Source: Macrostomum lignano (lineage: Eukaryota). Taken from it: a stretch of 64,000 nucleotides of DNA. Shown in pieces: positions 38,050-51,300 of this stretch. The DNA lies in contig NIVC01000933.1 of NCBI GenBank assembly GCA_002269645.1, forward strand, positions 1 through 64,000, given 5' to 3'. The notes under the pieces were generated by a model. It saw only the letters and a program-made list of their open reading frames with translations. It had not been told where the DNA came from and ran no database searches. Position 1 is the first letter of the stretch; each line of letters starts with the position of its first letter. A program made the position numbers and the translations under genes.

Positions 38050-40615
38050 TGCTCTCTTCCCCTCTCCTGACACACCTTTCAGTGCCCCTCTCCTGATACA
38101 TTTTGATGCCCCCTCTCCTGACACATTTCGGTGCCCCTCTCCTGACACACATTTGATGCCCCCTCTCCTGACACATTTCGGTGCCCCTCTCCTGACACAC
38201 ATTTGATGCCCCTCTCCTGACACATTTCGCTGCCCCTCTCCTGACACACATTTGATGCCCCCTCTCCTGACACATTTCGGTGCCCCTCTCCTGACACACA
38301 TTTTGATGCCCCTCTCCTGACACACATTTGATGCCCCTCTCCTGACACACATTTGATGCCCCCTCTCCTGACACATTTCGGTGCCCCTCTCCTGACACAC
38401 ATTTGATGCCCCCTCTCCTGACACATTTCGGTGCCCCTCTCCTGACACACATTTTGATGCCCCTCTCCTGACACACATTTGATGCCCCCTCTACTGACAC
38501 ATTTCGATGCCCCTCTCCTGACACACATTTTGATGCCCCCTCTTTTGACACTTTTGATGCCCCTCTCGACACACATTTTGATGCCCCCTCTTCTGACACA
38601 CATTTCGGTGCCCCTCTCCTGACACATTTTGATGCCCCCTCTCCTGACACATTTCGGTGCCCCTCTCCTGACACATTTCGGTGCCCCTCTCCTGACACAT
38701 TTCGATGCCCCTCTCCTGATACATTTTGATGCCCCCTCTCCTGACACATTTCGGTGCCCCCTCCTGACACCATTTTGATCCCCCCTCTCCTGACACATTT
38801 CGGTGCCCCTCTCCTGACACACATTTTGATGCCCATCTCCTGACACACATTTGATGCCCCCTCTCCTGACACACATTTGATGCCCCCTCTCCTGACACAT
38901 TTCGGTGCCCCTCTCCTGACACATTTCGGTGCCCCCTCCTGACACCATTTTGATCCCCCCTCTCCTGACACATTTCGGTGCCCCTCTCCTGACACACATT
39001 TTGATGCCCCTCTCCTGACACACATTTGATGCCCCCTCTCCTGACACATTTCGGTGCCCCTCTCCTGACACACATTTTGATGCCCCTCTCCTGACACACA
39101 TTTTGATGCCCCCTCTCCTGACACATTTCGGTGCCCCTCCTGACACCATTTTGATCCCCCTCTCCTGACACATTTCGGTGCCCCTCTCCTGACACATTTT
39201 GATGCCCCTCTCCTGACACATTTCGGTGCCCCTCTCCTAACACATTTCGATGCCCCTCTCCTGACACACATTTTGATGCCCCCTCTACTGACACATTTCG
39301 GTGCCCCTCTCCTGACACACATTTTGATGCCCCTCTCCTGACACACATTTGATGCCCCCTCTCCTGACACTTTTCGGTGCCCCTCTCCTGACACATTTCG
39401 GTGCCCCACTCCTGACACACATTTTGATGCCCCCTCTTTTGACACTTTTGATGCCCCTCTCGACACACATTTTGATGCCCCCTCTTCTGACACACATTTC
39501 GGTGCCCCTCTCCTGACACATTTTGATGCCCCCTCTCCTGACACATTTCGATGCCCCTCTCCTGACACACATTTTGATGCCCTCTCTACTGACACATTTC
39601 GGTGCCCCTCTCCTGACACACATTTTGATGCCCCCTCTTTTGACACTTTTGATGCCCCTCTCGACACACATTTTGATGCCCCCTCTTCTGACACACATTT
39701 CGGTGCCCCTCTCCTGACACATTTTGATGCCCCCTCTCCTGACACATTTCGATGCCCCTCTCCTGACACACATTTTGATGCCCCCTCTACTGACACATTT
39801 CGGTGCCCCCTCCTGACACCATTTTGATCCCCCCCTCTCCTGACACATTTCGGTGCCCCTCTCCTGACACACATTTTGATGCCCCCTCTACTGACACATT
39901 TCGGTGCCCCTCTCCTGACACACATTTTGATGCCCCTCTCCTGACACACATTTGATGCCCCCTCTCCTGACACTTTTCGGTGCCCCTCTCCTGACACATT
40001 TCGGTGCCCCTCTCCTGACACACATTTTGATGCCCCCTCTTTTGACACTTTTGATGCCCCTCTCGACACACATTTTGATGCCCCCTCTTCTGACACACAT
40101 TTCGGTGCCCCTCTCCTGACACATTTTGATGCCCCCTCTCCTGACACATTTCGATGCCCTTCTCCTGACACACATTTTGATGCCCTCTCTACTGACACAT
40201 TTCGGTGCCCCTCTCCTGACACACATTTTGATGCCCCCTCTTTTGACACTTTTGATGCCCCTCTCGACACACATTTTGATGCCCCCTCTTCTGACACACA
40301 TTTCAGTGCCCCTCTCCTGACACATTTTGATGCCCCCTCTCCTGACACATTTCGATGCCCCTCTCCTGACACACATTTTGATGCCCCCTCTACTGACACA
40401 TTTCGGTGCCCCCTCCTGACACCATTTTGATCCCCCCTCACCGGACACATTTCGGTGCCCCTCTCCTGACACATTTCGGTGCCCCTCTCCTGACACATTT
40501 CGATGCCCCTCTCCTGACACACATTTTGATGCCCCCTCTACTGACACATTTCGGTGCCCCCTCCTGACACCATTTTGATGCCCCCTTTCCTGACACATTT
40601 CGGTGCCCCTCTCCC
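38050..40615. repeat. Complex 23-26-bp satellite (CATTTCGGTGCCCCTCTCCTGACA / CACATTTTGATGCCCCTCTCCTGA), 2.6 kb, higher-order blocks
   Basis: Direct inspection; variant block TTTTGACACTTTTGATG at ~38540, 39435, 39635, 40040, 40240. Confidence 0.95.
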
Positions 40616-41144
40616 AACTTCTTAAAGATTTTGGCTCCCCTCCTTCTGATACCTACAGTATGACAGAACCCCCTCTCCCGACAAATATTTTGAAGTTCAT
40701 TCAGAGTTTTGCCCTATGCGCGCACAAATAAATGAAAATTTTGTCTGTACAAAATTACCAAATGTTTTGTATAAAGCTGTACATTTATCATAAAACTATA
40801 GTGATAGTTAACAACTGAATGTAATTAGTAGCCACTTAAAATACATTGACATGGACCAATGCTATAAATAGCTATCTTTAGCTTTTTAGATACTTTTGAA
40901 GCTTTTAAGAATGTCTTTTCGAAAGCTTATCAAAAACAATATTATCGATACAAAAGACCGACATACAAGAAAAATTGAGCCAAAAGGGTATTTTTCTAGA
41001 CAAGCTGAAGAGTTCGCCTTTAGCTCACAAGAAAATTAGAAGAAAAAAGAGAGAGAGAGAGAGAAAGTTGTGTCTAGTGTCTAAACGCACGAACTGCCAC
41101 TTCCAAACTGTAGGGGGTTGGTTCGGGTTATAGAGGGAGTGTTG

Positions 41145-41600
41145 ATGCTGGGTGAGAGAGGGAGGTTGGTGCTGGGTGAGAGAGGGAGGGGTTGGTGTTG
41201 GGTTGGAGAGGAAGGGGGAATTGGTGCTGGGTGAGAGAGGGAAGGGGTTGGTGCTGGGTGAGAGAGGGAAGGGTTGGTGCTGGGTGAGAGAGGGAGGGGG
41301 TCGGTGTTGGGTTGGAGAGGAAGGGGGTTGGTGCTGGGTGAGAGAGGGAAGGGGTTGGTGCTGGGTGAGAGAGGGAGGGGGTCGGTGTTGGGTTGGAGAG
41401 GAAGGGGGTTGGTGCTGGGTGAGAGAGGGAGGGGTTGGTGCTGGGTGTGAGAGGGAGGGGTTGGTGCTGGGTGAGAGAGGGAGGAGGTTGGTGTTGGGTG
41501 GGAGAAGAAGGGGGTTGGTGCTGGGTGAGAGAGGGAAGGGGTTGGTGCTGGGTGTGAGAGGGAGGTTGGTGCTGGGTGAAAGAGGGAGGGGCTGGTGTGA
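41145..41600. repeat. G-rich ~26-bp repeat (GGGGTTGGTGCTGGGTGAGAGAGGGA)
   Basis: Direct inspection. Confidence 0.9.
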
Positions 41601-42262
41601 TTTCGACTGCCAGCCACGGACGGCTAGCAGTGCAGTGCACCGCGAAACAACACAGCTAGTTTATCCCGGGCAATGCAGGCTATCAAGGTAATCAAGCAAT
41701 GCAGGCCACTGTGGCAGAGGTCTGTCTTGATGTCCTGCGATCGATTGAATCAGAACATGACAAATTCGTGTGTACTCTGATGGGTTATTATTTTTTTGTA
41801 TAATAATTGGGCACCAGTAGAATAGTCATCGCACCAGTGCACTGATCAGTGATCACACTCATTGATAAATCATCACTATAGCTCTGTTATCCCTGCATCA
41901 GCAGTCAGCAACACCACCATCACTCCATAAATATTTGAGTAAAAATTTCACTTTCGCGCAGATGCCTCTTGGCAATTTATTTGTTTTTTTTCAAATAAAA
42001 TGTAAATAGTTTAATGCGGTAGCATGTTAAGAAAACCCGCTAGGGAGACTTAAAAAGAGCCATCACATAACAACTTCTAAAATTAGGGTAATAAATTCAA
42101 GACTGTCTAATAAAATAACCCACTACAATGAATATCAATCGGCCCAATGGCACCAAATGGCTTAACGAGGCCGGAGCTTGGACGAAGAGAATCAATTGTA
42201 AAGAAATTGAGCAGCATTCTGGATTCAGGAGCTATAGGGGCTGCAGAACTGAATTGACGTCA

Positions 42263-43292
42263 TCACAGGATATTCAGCACCACAATCCGATTATTGCTAC
42301 CCCCCACGACCACCACCAGCTGCTCCCTCTTGTCCACTGTCGCCACTGCCAGGCTCCCGGGAACCCCGAGTTCGCTTCCCGGCTCACCCACAGTTCCCAA
42401 AAGCGAACCGTCTTTGGGGTTGACGACTTGCACCGATTGTCCCACGCACTCACTCACGAACAGGCGGCCTTTCTTGTCGATGGCCACGTCAGACGGACCC
42501 CAGAAACGCTCCAGTCCGGAGTGCTCAGTAGGATGCGAGGTGACTAATCTCTGGTCGGAGTAGTGCACCCTGTGCACCTGCCCTTGGCATTTGTCTATCA
42601 CAAGTAGGCAACTGCCATGGACAAGCAGTTTGCCTAGTGAGGCATGGCGCAGCGGTAGATGCATAGAACTCAACAGCTTTCCAGTTTTGCTATTATAGGC
42701 AAAAATTTCAGCTCTGCTGGTCAGAAACACAGTGTTGTCCTTGAAGCCCAGTCCATGTATTACGCTAGCACGATAATCCGGTTTGATTTGAATCAACTTC
42801 AAGCCGCTCAGATCTGTCACGGTCGCTTCATTGTACTGAGCAATCACCAGGCGCTTCCGGTCGCAGCAAAGACCGTTAATAGATTGACCAAAGTCGATTT
42901 GGCAGTGGCATCGCAGTTTCTTTGACCCGTCCAAAGACAGCACTAGCAGGTGGTCCATGCCAGAGGCTGTGTATGCCGTATAGATGCAGGGCTGAGGCAG
43001 AGCCTCTCTGTCGTCGTTACTTTTTGACCGCGCGGCAACTACACGGCCGGAGCTGTCGCTAGCGAAGCCGCTGGAGTCGCTGCACACGGCTAGCCACTCA
43101 ACACTTTCGTCCAGCTTTACCTCGTGACTGAAGCCGATCTTGATGTTGGACAATCCCATGCCGAGGAGTGTCTTGTTAGTGTTGACACTAGCGAACAGCA
43201 AAACAGCCAGAGCCACTCTGTCACTATATTGAGATAACTTGGTAGTTAGACTTAGTCTATGGTCCACATCGACATTATTACGTTTTTTGATC
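42263..43292 (-). CDS. NHL/beta-propeller-like protein, terminal coding exon; upstream exon(s) unresolved
   Basis: 334-aa ORF; WGPSDVAIDKKGRLFVSECVGQSVQV and GEPGSELGVPGSLAV blades; acceptor CTCTTTATAG| at 43293. Confidence 0.75.
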
Positions 43293-43509
43293 CTATAAAG
43301 AGAGGGTTTTATAGAGCTGAGTAGCTATAGATGACATTCTGCAGTTTTTCAAACTTATATAGCAGATCTTGTCTGCTGTGCCATTCTTAGCAGATCTTTT
43401 TCAATCTGCTCGGTTCTTGCAGGATCTTCTAAGAAGGGAGGTAAATTTGTTTTGTTATTCATTTGGCTAAAGAGTGTTCTAGCTGAATTATAATTTATTT
43501 TATGACAAA

Positions 43510-44190
43510 ATCTCTACATATAAAAATCAAAACTCTGTGTGTGTGTGTGTCTGTGTGTGGACAATTTTGATCGCTATGGACTCCCAAACCGCTCAACCAA
43601 ATGACACCAAATTTTACACCCACCCTAAACTCACTACGGAGAATGTCTTAGGCTACCTTTAAATTTCCTAAATTTGAGTCTTCCTACCTAAAAGTGCAAA
43701 AAACTGCTCAAAATGCGCGATTTTTTTACTAAAGCCTCCTTAGCGCCGCTCCACTTCTACCGATCCTCTTCAAATTTGACACAATCAATTTTCAACTATT
43801 TTGACACAATCGTGTACAATTTCGAGTCTCAAAGTTAATCCTGAACGGCGCTGTGCACTTTTAAAGTTTGGCTGTTTTTTTCAGCGAGACAGCCACCCCA
43901 ACCTCCGCCCGCCTGCCTCTTTCCCGATCTGGGCAAAGGGTGTAAATGGGTTTTAAAATGACTAACTTTCGGCTGCCATAAGTTTGCTCCACGTGAAGCG
44001 ATTGACTTCTAACTTAACACAATTCTTCTTTGATTCATTCTCTGTCTAAATGTAAAGTTTCAACTCTCTAACTCAATCAGAACAGAAACTGTAAGCATGT
44101 GAAGTTTGTCTGCTTTTTCTGTTGTTTGTGCCACTCACTCACTTATTCCCCCAGAGCCAGACGAAGGGTCAGGCGATAGGGCTCAATGTA
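43510..44190 (+). mobile_element. Possible non-autonomous Helitron/Helentron-associated (microsatellite-bearing) element
   Basis: ATCTCTACATATAAAAAT...(GT)n...CAAACCGCTCAACCAAATGACACCAAATTTT resembles the layout of such elements as recalled; ends not confirmed. Confidence 0.3.
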
Positions 44191-44419
44191 CATAGCGAAT
44201 GTACAGTGTTTTGGAATAACTTTTTAATAGCCTTCTCTGTACCCCCGCGAGTGGAGAGGCGTGGAGAGGAGAGAGTTTAGTGAGAGATTCAATTTCAAAC
44301 CACTGTCCTCTGAATAGACAAGTCTGCAGCAGTTAAACAAGGATGGCAAATCAAGGCGATGTGGGATGGTTTGTAAAAATATCGAAAAATTAATGAATAA
44401 CTGATTACAATGCAATCCT

Positions 44420-44690
44420 GAGTGAGAAGAGAGGTGAGGGAAGAGAGAGCAGAGAGCAGAGGGAAGAGAGAGTAGAGAGCAGAGAGAAATGAGAAAAGAT
44501 AAAACAGGAGAAAGGAGATATGAGAGACCAGAGACCAGAGCGAAGAGAGGAGAAGAGAGAGAAAAGAATAGAGTGGAGAGGGAAGAGACAAGAGAAGAGA
44601 CGAGAGAGGAGAGAAGAAAGAAGAGATAAGAGGGGAGAGAGAGAAGAGACGAGAGAGAAGATAGGAAACAGAAAAGAAGATGGAAGTTTC
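44420..44690. repeat. GA-rich simple repeat
   Basis: Direct inspection. Confidence 0.85.
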
Positions 44691-45767
44691 AAAGGATGCA
44701 AAGGACATAGGGAGAGGCAGATGTACGTAGAGGCCAGAGTTTGCCTGACATTCTGCGCAGCACCCCAGCCAACAATATCAATGTTTGCCTCAAATCCTAA
44801 TTTTACATGAATGTACACTATTTTATGTTTAACTCTATCCTAACTATTAACAAGGGAACAAGTTTTTGTGTGAGTTTTACCTCAGATTTTAGAATACATG
44901 CAAAAATATTTCTGGGGAATGGAGTTCCCCGGGTTCAAAATCCGCGGGTTTCAACAGCTTGTGTGACAATAAATTTAAAAAGAAAATATGCGATATAATG
45001 ATTCGAAGCTATAAAAAGACATAAAAGTTAAAGATCTTGTGCGATATAGCAAGTCGCCAGATTTATAAGTTTACCTAATTATTATCATGGCGAAGATCTT
45101 GCACAATCTTGCAAGTTTACTTGCACAGCAACCCAAGAAGATCCATTTTGATAAGATCTGTTTAAGAATCAACAAGTCAATGTCTTTCTAAGGTACATGC
45201 ATGTATTTGGACTGCATGGCGGAAATTTGGATTGTCAATTGAAAACTTATGTAGCTCTGCCTGTACTTTACGACGCTCTGATGCATGAGTAGCATACATT
45301 ACAGGATTAAACAAGCGGGTCACGGAAATTGGAAAATACTTTAAACATGAAATTTTTGTCGAGGCTTATTTCTAATAGAAAAATACTTATGTAGTTTTTT
45401 TAAATTGGCTGTGTAAAAAAATATATGATTTCATAGCAATTCGCTCAAGTAAAGAAAATTCGAAGCGGCTTTGTTGAAATTTCGAAGGTGAATGAATATC
45501 AAATATTGAAAAATTAAATACGTCGTTGAACGCGCGTGTAATGTATGCAATGCAGCCATAGTATACAGCTCTTTACGACACTCCGAATTTTGAATAGTTT
45601 TGAATTGGACCCCCACTCGAATCGGGAATTAGCTTTTATCCTAATTCAAGTGTTGTACTTTTGGTAGTGACAAATTTATACAGTAGCTTTATTATCGAAT
45701 AAAAAAAATCGATTAGGGCCTATTATCTCTTTTTGATAACCAAGCATTCGCCCTTTACAAATCAAAA

Positions 45768-48290
45768 ATGGTTCTAGATATTGATTTGCTAAGGCCTGAA
45801 AAAGGTGGCAATCCAGATCTAGTAAGACAGAGTGAAAAGAACCGTTTCAAAGATGCAACTGTTATTGACAGAATTATTGATCTTGATAATGAGTGGCGCA
45901 AAGGTGTGTAATGCATATCAAATAACATTTCAGTTTACACTAATTTTATCAACTTGTCTTATCTATAGAGTTTATTAGGAATTCAATTATTCATTCATGG
46001 CTAGATATTATTTGAACCTCAACTAAACTTGCTATCTGTAAATGTGCATATATTCCTAAATAGACAGGTATAGGCCTAGCCTTGGAATTTGGCTTAGAAA
46101 TGAGAAAATCTTATAAAATATTGTGAAAACTGTAAATAGGTCTATTTTTCTCTTTTTCTTCTATTTTTCTTTCTTTTTCCTCTTTCCCTTCTTTCTTTTC
46201 CCTCCTTTTTTTTTCCTTTTTTCTTCCTCACCTCTTTTCCCTCATTTTTTGTATTTTGCATTTTAAATTTTGCAACTTATCTTGGCCAGTGGCCATTTTA
46301 CCCACTTAGTTTGGATAGGTCAGATGGATTTTTGGCATGTATGAATAGGCCTAATGCATTTGAGAAAGATATTTAATATTTATTTTTTTCCTAAATTTAT
46401 TTTTTCTTTATATTCTTTTTATTAATAAAATGATTCTTTTAAAAGATTATTTATAGTCCTATAAAATTATAGGATGAGTTGCTTTTTAATCTCAAACAAG
46501 TTTAATTTTTTATCTTTTTTTTTCTACTTTGTTATAAAATTTTTCATTTATACTTTTGCTATCATATAATTATAAGTAGATAGAAATTTTATCTAAAATG
46601 TTTTTATCAAAAGCCTTTTTGTGAATTAGTAGGCCTTATTTAGTCATTTTATCGAATAATAATAAAAAGAATATGCATTATTTTAAAGGTAATTTAAAAA
46701 ATAGGCCTATTTATTTATAATAAAGTAAATAATTTAATTCCTTAATTAAAAAAGGTTAAAATCAAAAAAGAATTTTACTTATTGTTTAAAGTTGTGTTTT
46801 GAAAATAAAATACATTTGGCAAAATCAAAAAAATAGGGGATAAAATGATAAAACAAATTTGTAGACATTCAATAGAAAGTAATGTATTTAAAAAGCTTTT
46901 TGAAAGACAGATAAGTCTTTAAAAATAGTTCTGGATAAAAACTATTGTTTTCATGCTTTACATTGCTGAATATATAAGTAAAAAAACTACAAAAAGCATT
47001 TTAAAAGTCCAAAATGACTGATTCGAAATTTTTGGTTTCACTTTTTTCATTAATAAACAATTAATTTTAAGACTCATAGACTTTAGAAAAGGCTAATTTT
47101 TTACTACTCACAAAACAGAAAGTAATATGTGTTTTACTTTTTTATTTTAAAAGATAAAATATTTCCAAGAAAAGTTTTTCTAAAACCACATAAACTCGCA
47201 AAAATTCATGCTAATTTAAAGTACAAAGTTTGCCAGTTAACATTTTTTCTAAAAGTAAATATACCACTAATTCCTTGTTGCAAAAAATCTTCAAGTTGTT
47301 TTCTTTCATTTAAATATTAACTTGCATAGTATTAATGTATGTAATATGCCTATATTTATTTAGACTTAAAAATTTTGGATAAAAAATGGTACCACAAAAT
47401 ATGATTCCGGCATCCAAAATGAAATGCTTATTGTAAGCTTATGAGGCAACAAAGAACAATAAAATTACACTCAAATATGTATCATCGCGGTATGCATGCA
47501 GGAAAAAAAGATTTTTTTTCAAATTGCTTCTATAGAAGCCAAGTAAAATGCAAATTTCCGATCCTTATAGGAATTCCAATGTGTTACCTGGCTTCTAAAT
47601 CAGATGCTTACTGTAAGCTTATTAAATGACAAAGAACAATGAAATTACACTTAAATATATATAATTGCAGCGTGTATGCTGGAAAAAAAGAATTTTCCAA
47701 ATCGCTTCAGTAGAAACTGAGTAAAATGCAACTTTCCGATCCTTATAGGAATTTGTATGCTGAAATAATAACTTACGTTGAATACAGTATTTATTGCAAA
47801 TGAACTCTACAAAGTACATGTTGTCAATAGTAACAAAAGTGATAAACAAAAAACCCTTTAAAAGAATATTAATATGTTTTAGCATTATACAATGTAATAT
47901 TATAAGATACTTTAAGTTAATAAATAAATTATTAGAGTTTTTCTATCTTTTTATTAGGGTCATTTTAGGTTGTAAATTTTTATTTTTAGTATATAGACTT
48001 AGAGATTTAGTATATTTGGATTTAATTTATTGTTTTAACAAATCATGTTAAAAAATAAGGCTATATGTGAATAATTTTTGCTTTTATAGATGTTTTCAAC
48101 TTTTTAAAACTTAAGTAAATTTATTTTATAGCTTTTTTGCTTTCAACTTGCAAAAAAACAAATTTTCAAAAAACTTGCCCCCAATTTTTGGATTTTGCCA
48201 TTTTTTAGTACTATATTGCATTTTCAATCATCTGATTAATTTTTTTCATTTTGATCACTTTAGAAAGTAATGTAGCAATGAATTAATAAT

Positions 48291-48331
<41 letters not shown>

Positions 48332-51300
48332 TTTCTTAGAAAAACTTTGTTTAAACAACAAGTAAGTTTTTTTCAATGCATTGGGCTTATTTTAACAAGA
48401 CATTAATATGCTTGGGTGCAACCTAGGGATTTACCTGGCCATTTCTATTGGCAACACACATATGTAAGTTACTATTAGATGGAATAGTAGTCATATGCAT
48501 ACATGCACAACAGTCCACCAAGTCGGCCAATCTGGCTGACCGATTTGGCAGCCAACCAAAGAAGTTGCAAAAATGCCCACCCAAAAAAGCTGAAGTAGTA
48601 GTACTAAGTAGCTGACGAGGCATTGCGGCTTAATAAGACAGTCATAGTTACTCCTGCCGTTTACCCAAAGTTGCGTTAATTTTGCTTTAGGGTTTTTTTA
48701 CATGTAAGTCGCATTTTTGGCCAAAAACTACGTCGCATTTTTGGCCAAAAACTACGTCGCATTTTTGGCCAAAAACTACGTCGCATTTTTGTTAAAACTA
48801 AGTTGCACGCCTGCCCGAATTTTGGAGGTTGTGCATGTATGGTCATATGACTACTCTCAGCCAATAGCAACTTACATGTGTGTGTATGTGTGTTGCCAAT
48901 AGAAATGGCCAAGTGATTCCCAAGGTTGCGCATATATGGATATCAAAATAATTAATCTTAGTATTTACTCAAATTTGATATAAAATCATGCATTTATCTA
49001 GGGCTTAGACCCTAATTTCTACTATTGGAAAAATTTTCCCAAAATAACTATTTAACTATTTTAAATAACCCTAGTCTATCTAATTTGCTATCTATATATA
49101 CAGCTTATTATACAACAAGGGTTAGCAAACTCTAGCCCATAGGCCACTTATGACCTGCAAAGCCTCTCTATTTGACCCTTAGGTACTTTAAAAACTACAA
49201 TAGTAATTTGGCTCATTTAAGTTTTGTGTTTCTTTGCTCACTCAACTCATTCTCCTCTTCTCTTTTCTCCTCTCTTCCTCTCTTTTTTCATCTTCCCTCT
49301 TATCCCAAATCTTATCTCATCTCTATCTCCAATATGCCAAAAATCTTTGCTGCTTAAGTTCTCAACCCCAGGCTCCCCTCACAATTCACAAAAGCTTTGA
49401 AATGTGGCAAAAATCATTAAACTCTTGTGCTCTACACCCTATCTATGAAATCAAGCACTCCAATAGTTTTTTGTCTCAGTTCTTGATTAACCAATATTAC
49501 TGTAGATATGGAAACAAGGTATGGGGAAGATATGTTCTGTCTAAAAGCCTTTGTGTCTGTAACTTCACATCCAAATTGGTAACTTGTAACCAACTCAGTC
49601 ATTTTAATTCTATTTATTAAATTAATATTTTAGCCCGTTACACTGGCGACCAACTAAACCGGCTTAGAAATGCCTGCGGCAAGGCTGTTGGAGAAAGGAA
49701 AAAGGTAGGTGAAGCAGATGTGAGATAATTCAGTTTATCGTATGCTTGGCATCCTGACCCAAATTCATTTTCAGGCTAAAGAGGCTGATGGCGAAGACCT
49801 GCCAATTCCAGAATCGCTCACTGCTAACCCGGCTGAGGTCAAGCCTGAGGATTTGAAGGTCCACTAAATTGCTGCTTTTCTCATATTCTTCATTATGCAT
49901 CATTTAAACTTCTATTGTGTATTTTATTGAACTTCCAGGTCCTGTCAGTACTGCAGCTGAAATCTTACGGCCGTTTTATTGGCGAGACTATAGTAAAAAA
50001 TGAGCAGATTATTGACCAATTGAAAAATGATCGCGACAATCTGCTCAGAGAGGTTGGCAACCTGCTGCACAAGGATGTTGTTGTTAGCGACAATGAGGTA
50101 TTGTAATCGTATTTTAATGTAGTCAGAAGGGGGTTCTGGCCTAGTGGTCAGAGCCATTGGCGTAGGAACGGGGGGACAGTGGGGCCAGTAGTGGTATCTG
50201 GCCCCTCCACATTTTAAATGCAAAATGTAGACTTTTTGCTTATTTTTTACTCTTATTTGCTGCTTTGTTTCTGCTGCTTTTGCATGAATGCATTTTGCTG
50301 CAGGGTGACAAAACATAGTGCCTGTGGCGCCAAAATGAGTGCCTGCGGTGCTAAAATAAGTGGCTGCGGCGCCAAAATGAGTGCCTGTAGCGCCAAAATA
50401 AGTGCCTGCGGCGCTAAAATAAGTGCCTGCGTCGCCAAAATAAGTGCCTGCGGCGCTAAAATGAGTGCCTGCGGTGCTAAAATGAGTGCCTGCGGCGCTA
50501 AAATGGTGCCTGCGACGCTAAAATGAGTGCCTGCGGTGCTAAAATGAGTGCCTGCGGTGCTAAAATGAGTGCCTGCGGCGCTAAAATGAGTGCTGACAAC
50601 ACCGATTCTGAAAATAATCGGTACATGATAACGTGCATTTCCCATATAAAAAAATATAATTTCTAACTCGACGAGTGGCGTGCGCCCTGTGCCCCCCCCC
50701 CCTAAATCTGCCACTGAACCTGCCCTCCCGCCCCACTTTTTGAAACGTTCCTACGCCTATGGTCAGAGCGTCGGACTCACGACTGTGTCCTTTGAGCAAG
50801 ACACTTAACTCTGCATTGCTTCAGTTCACCCAGCTGTAAAATGGGTGCCAGCATTAGCTGGGGTCATTGTGTGTGTGTTTGTGATGGCCCTCACAAGTCC
50901 TTGGACTAAACAGCCATATGCAACACTCAGATGCGCCGCGCAATAGTTGCTCAAGTGCTGATGGCGAGTGTTATCAATTTTATGACTGTTATTATTATTA
51001 TTATTGTCAGGTGTGAATAATTGATAAATGGTTAGCTTTCTCAACTCAACTCTGACACGTAAAAGAATATTATTAAACAGGGCCTTCACTGTTCAAGAAT
51101 AATTGAAGACAATGTCAAATAATGATTCCGTTTCGCAGGACAACAATGCCATCATTCGTCAGCATGGTGACGTCACCACCCGCTATCAATACTCGCACGT
51201 AGACCTGGTGACCATGATTGACGGCTTTGATGGGGAGCGAGGCACCCGAACAGCTGGCGGTAGGGGCTATTATTTGAAGGGCCCGTGCGTGTTCTTGGAG

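Noticed and set aside
38041-40598. Cys-rich repetitive ORFs up to 825 aa
   Set aside because: Satellite translations, open in several frames, no non-repetitive domain.
44290-44790. Possible upstream exons (B-box-like ALICHPCL) of the 42-43 kb NHL gene
   Set aside because: No phase-consistent chain to acceptor 43292 could be built, and the B-box ligands are incomplete.
50128-50154. tRNA gene
   Set aside because: Only an A-box and partial D/anticodon arm; continues into a SINE CORE domain, no T-arm.
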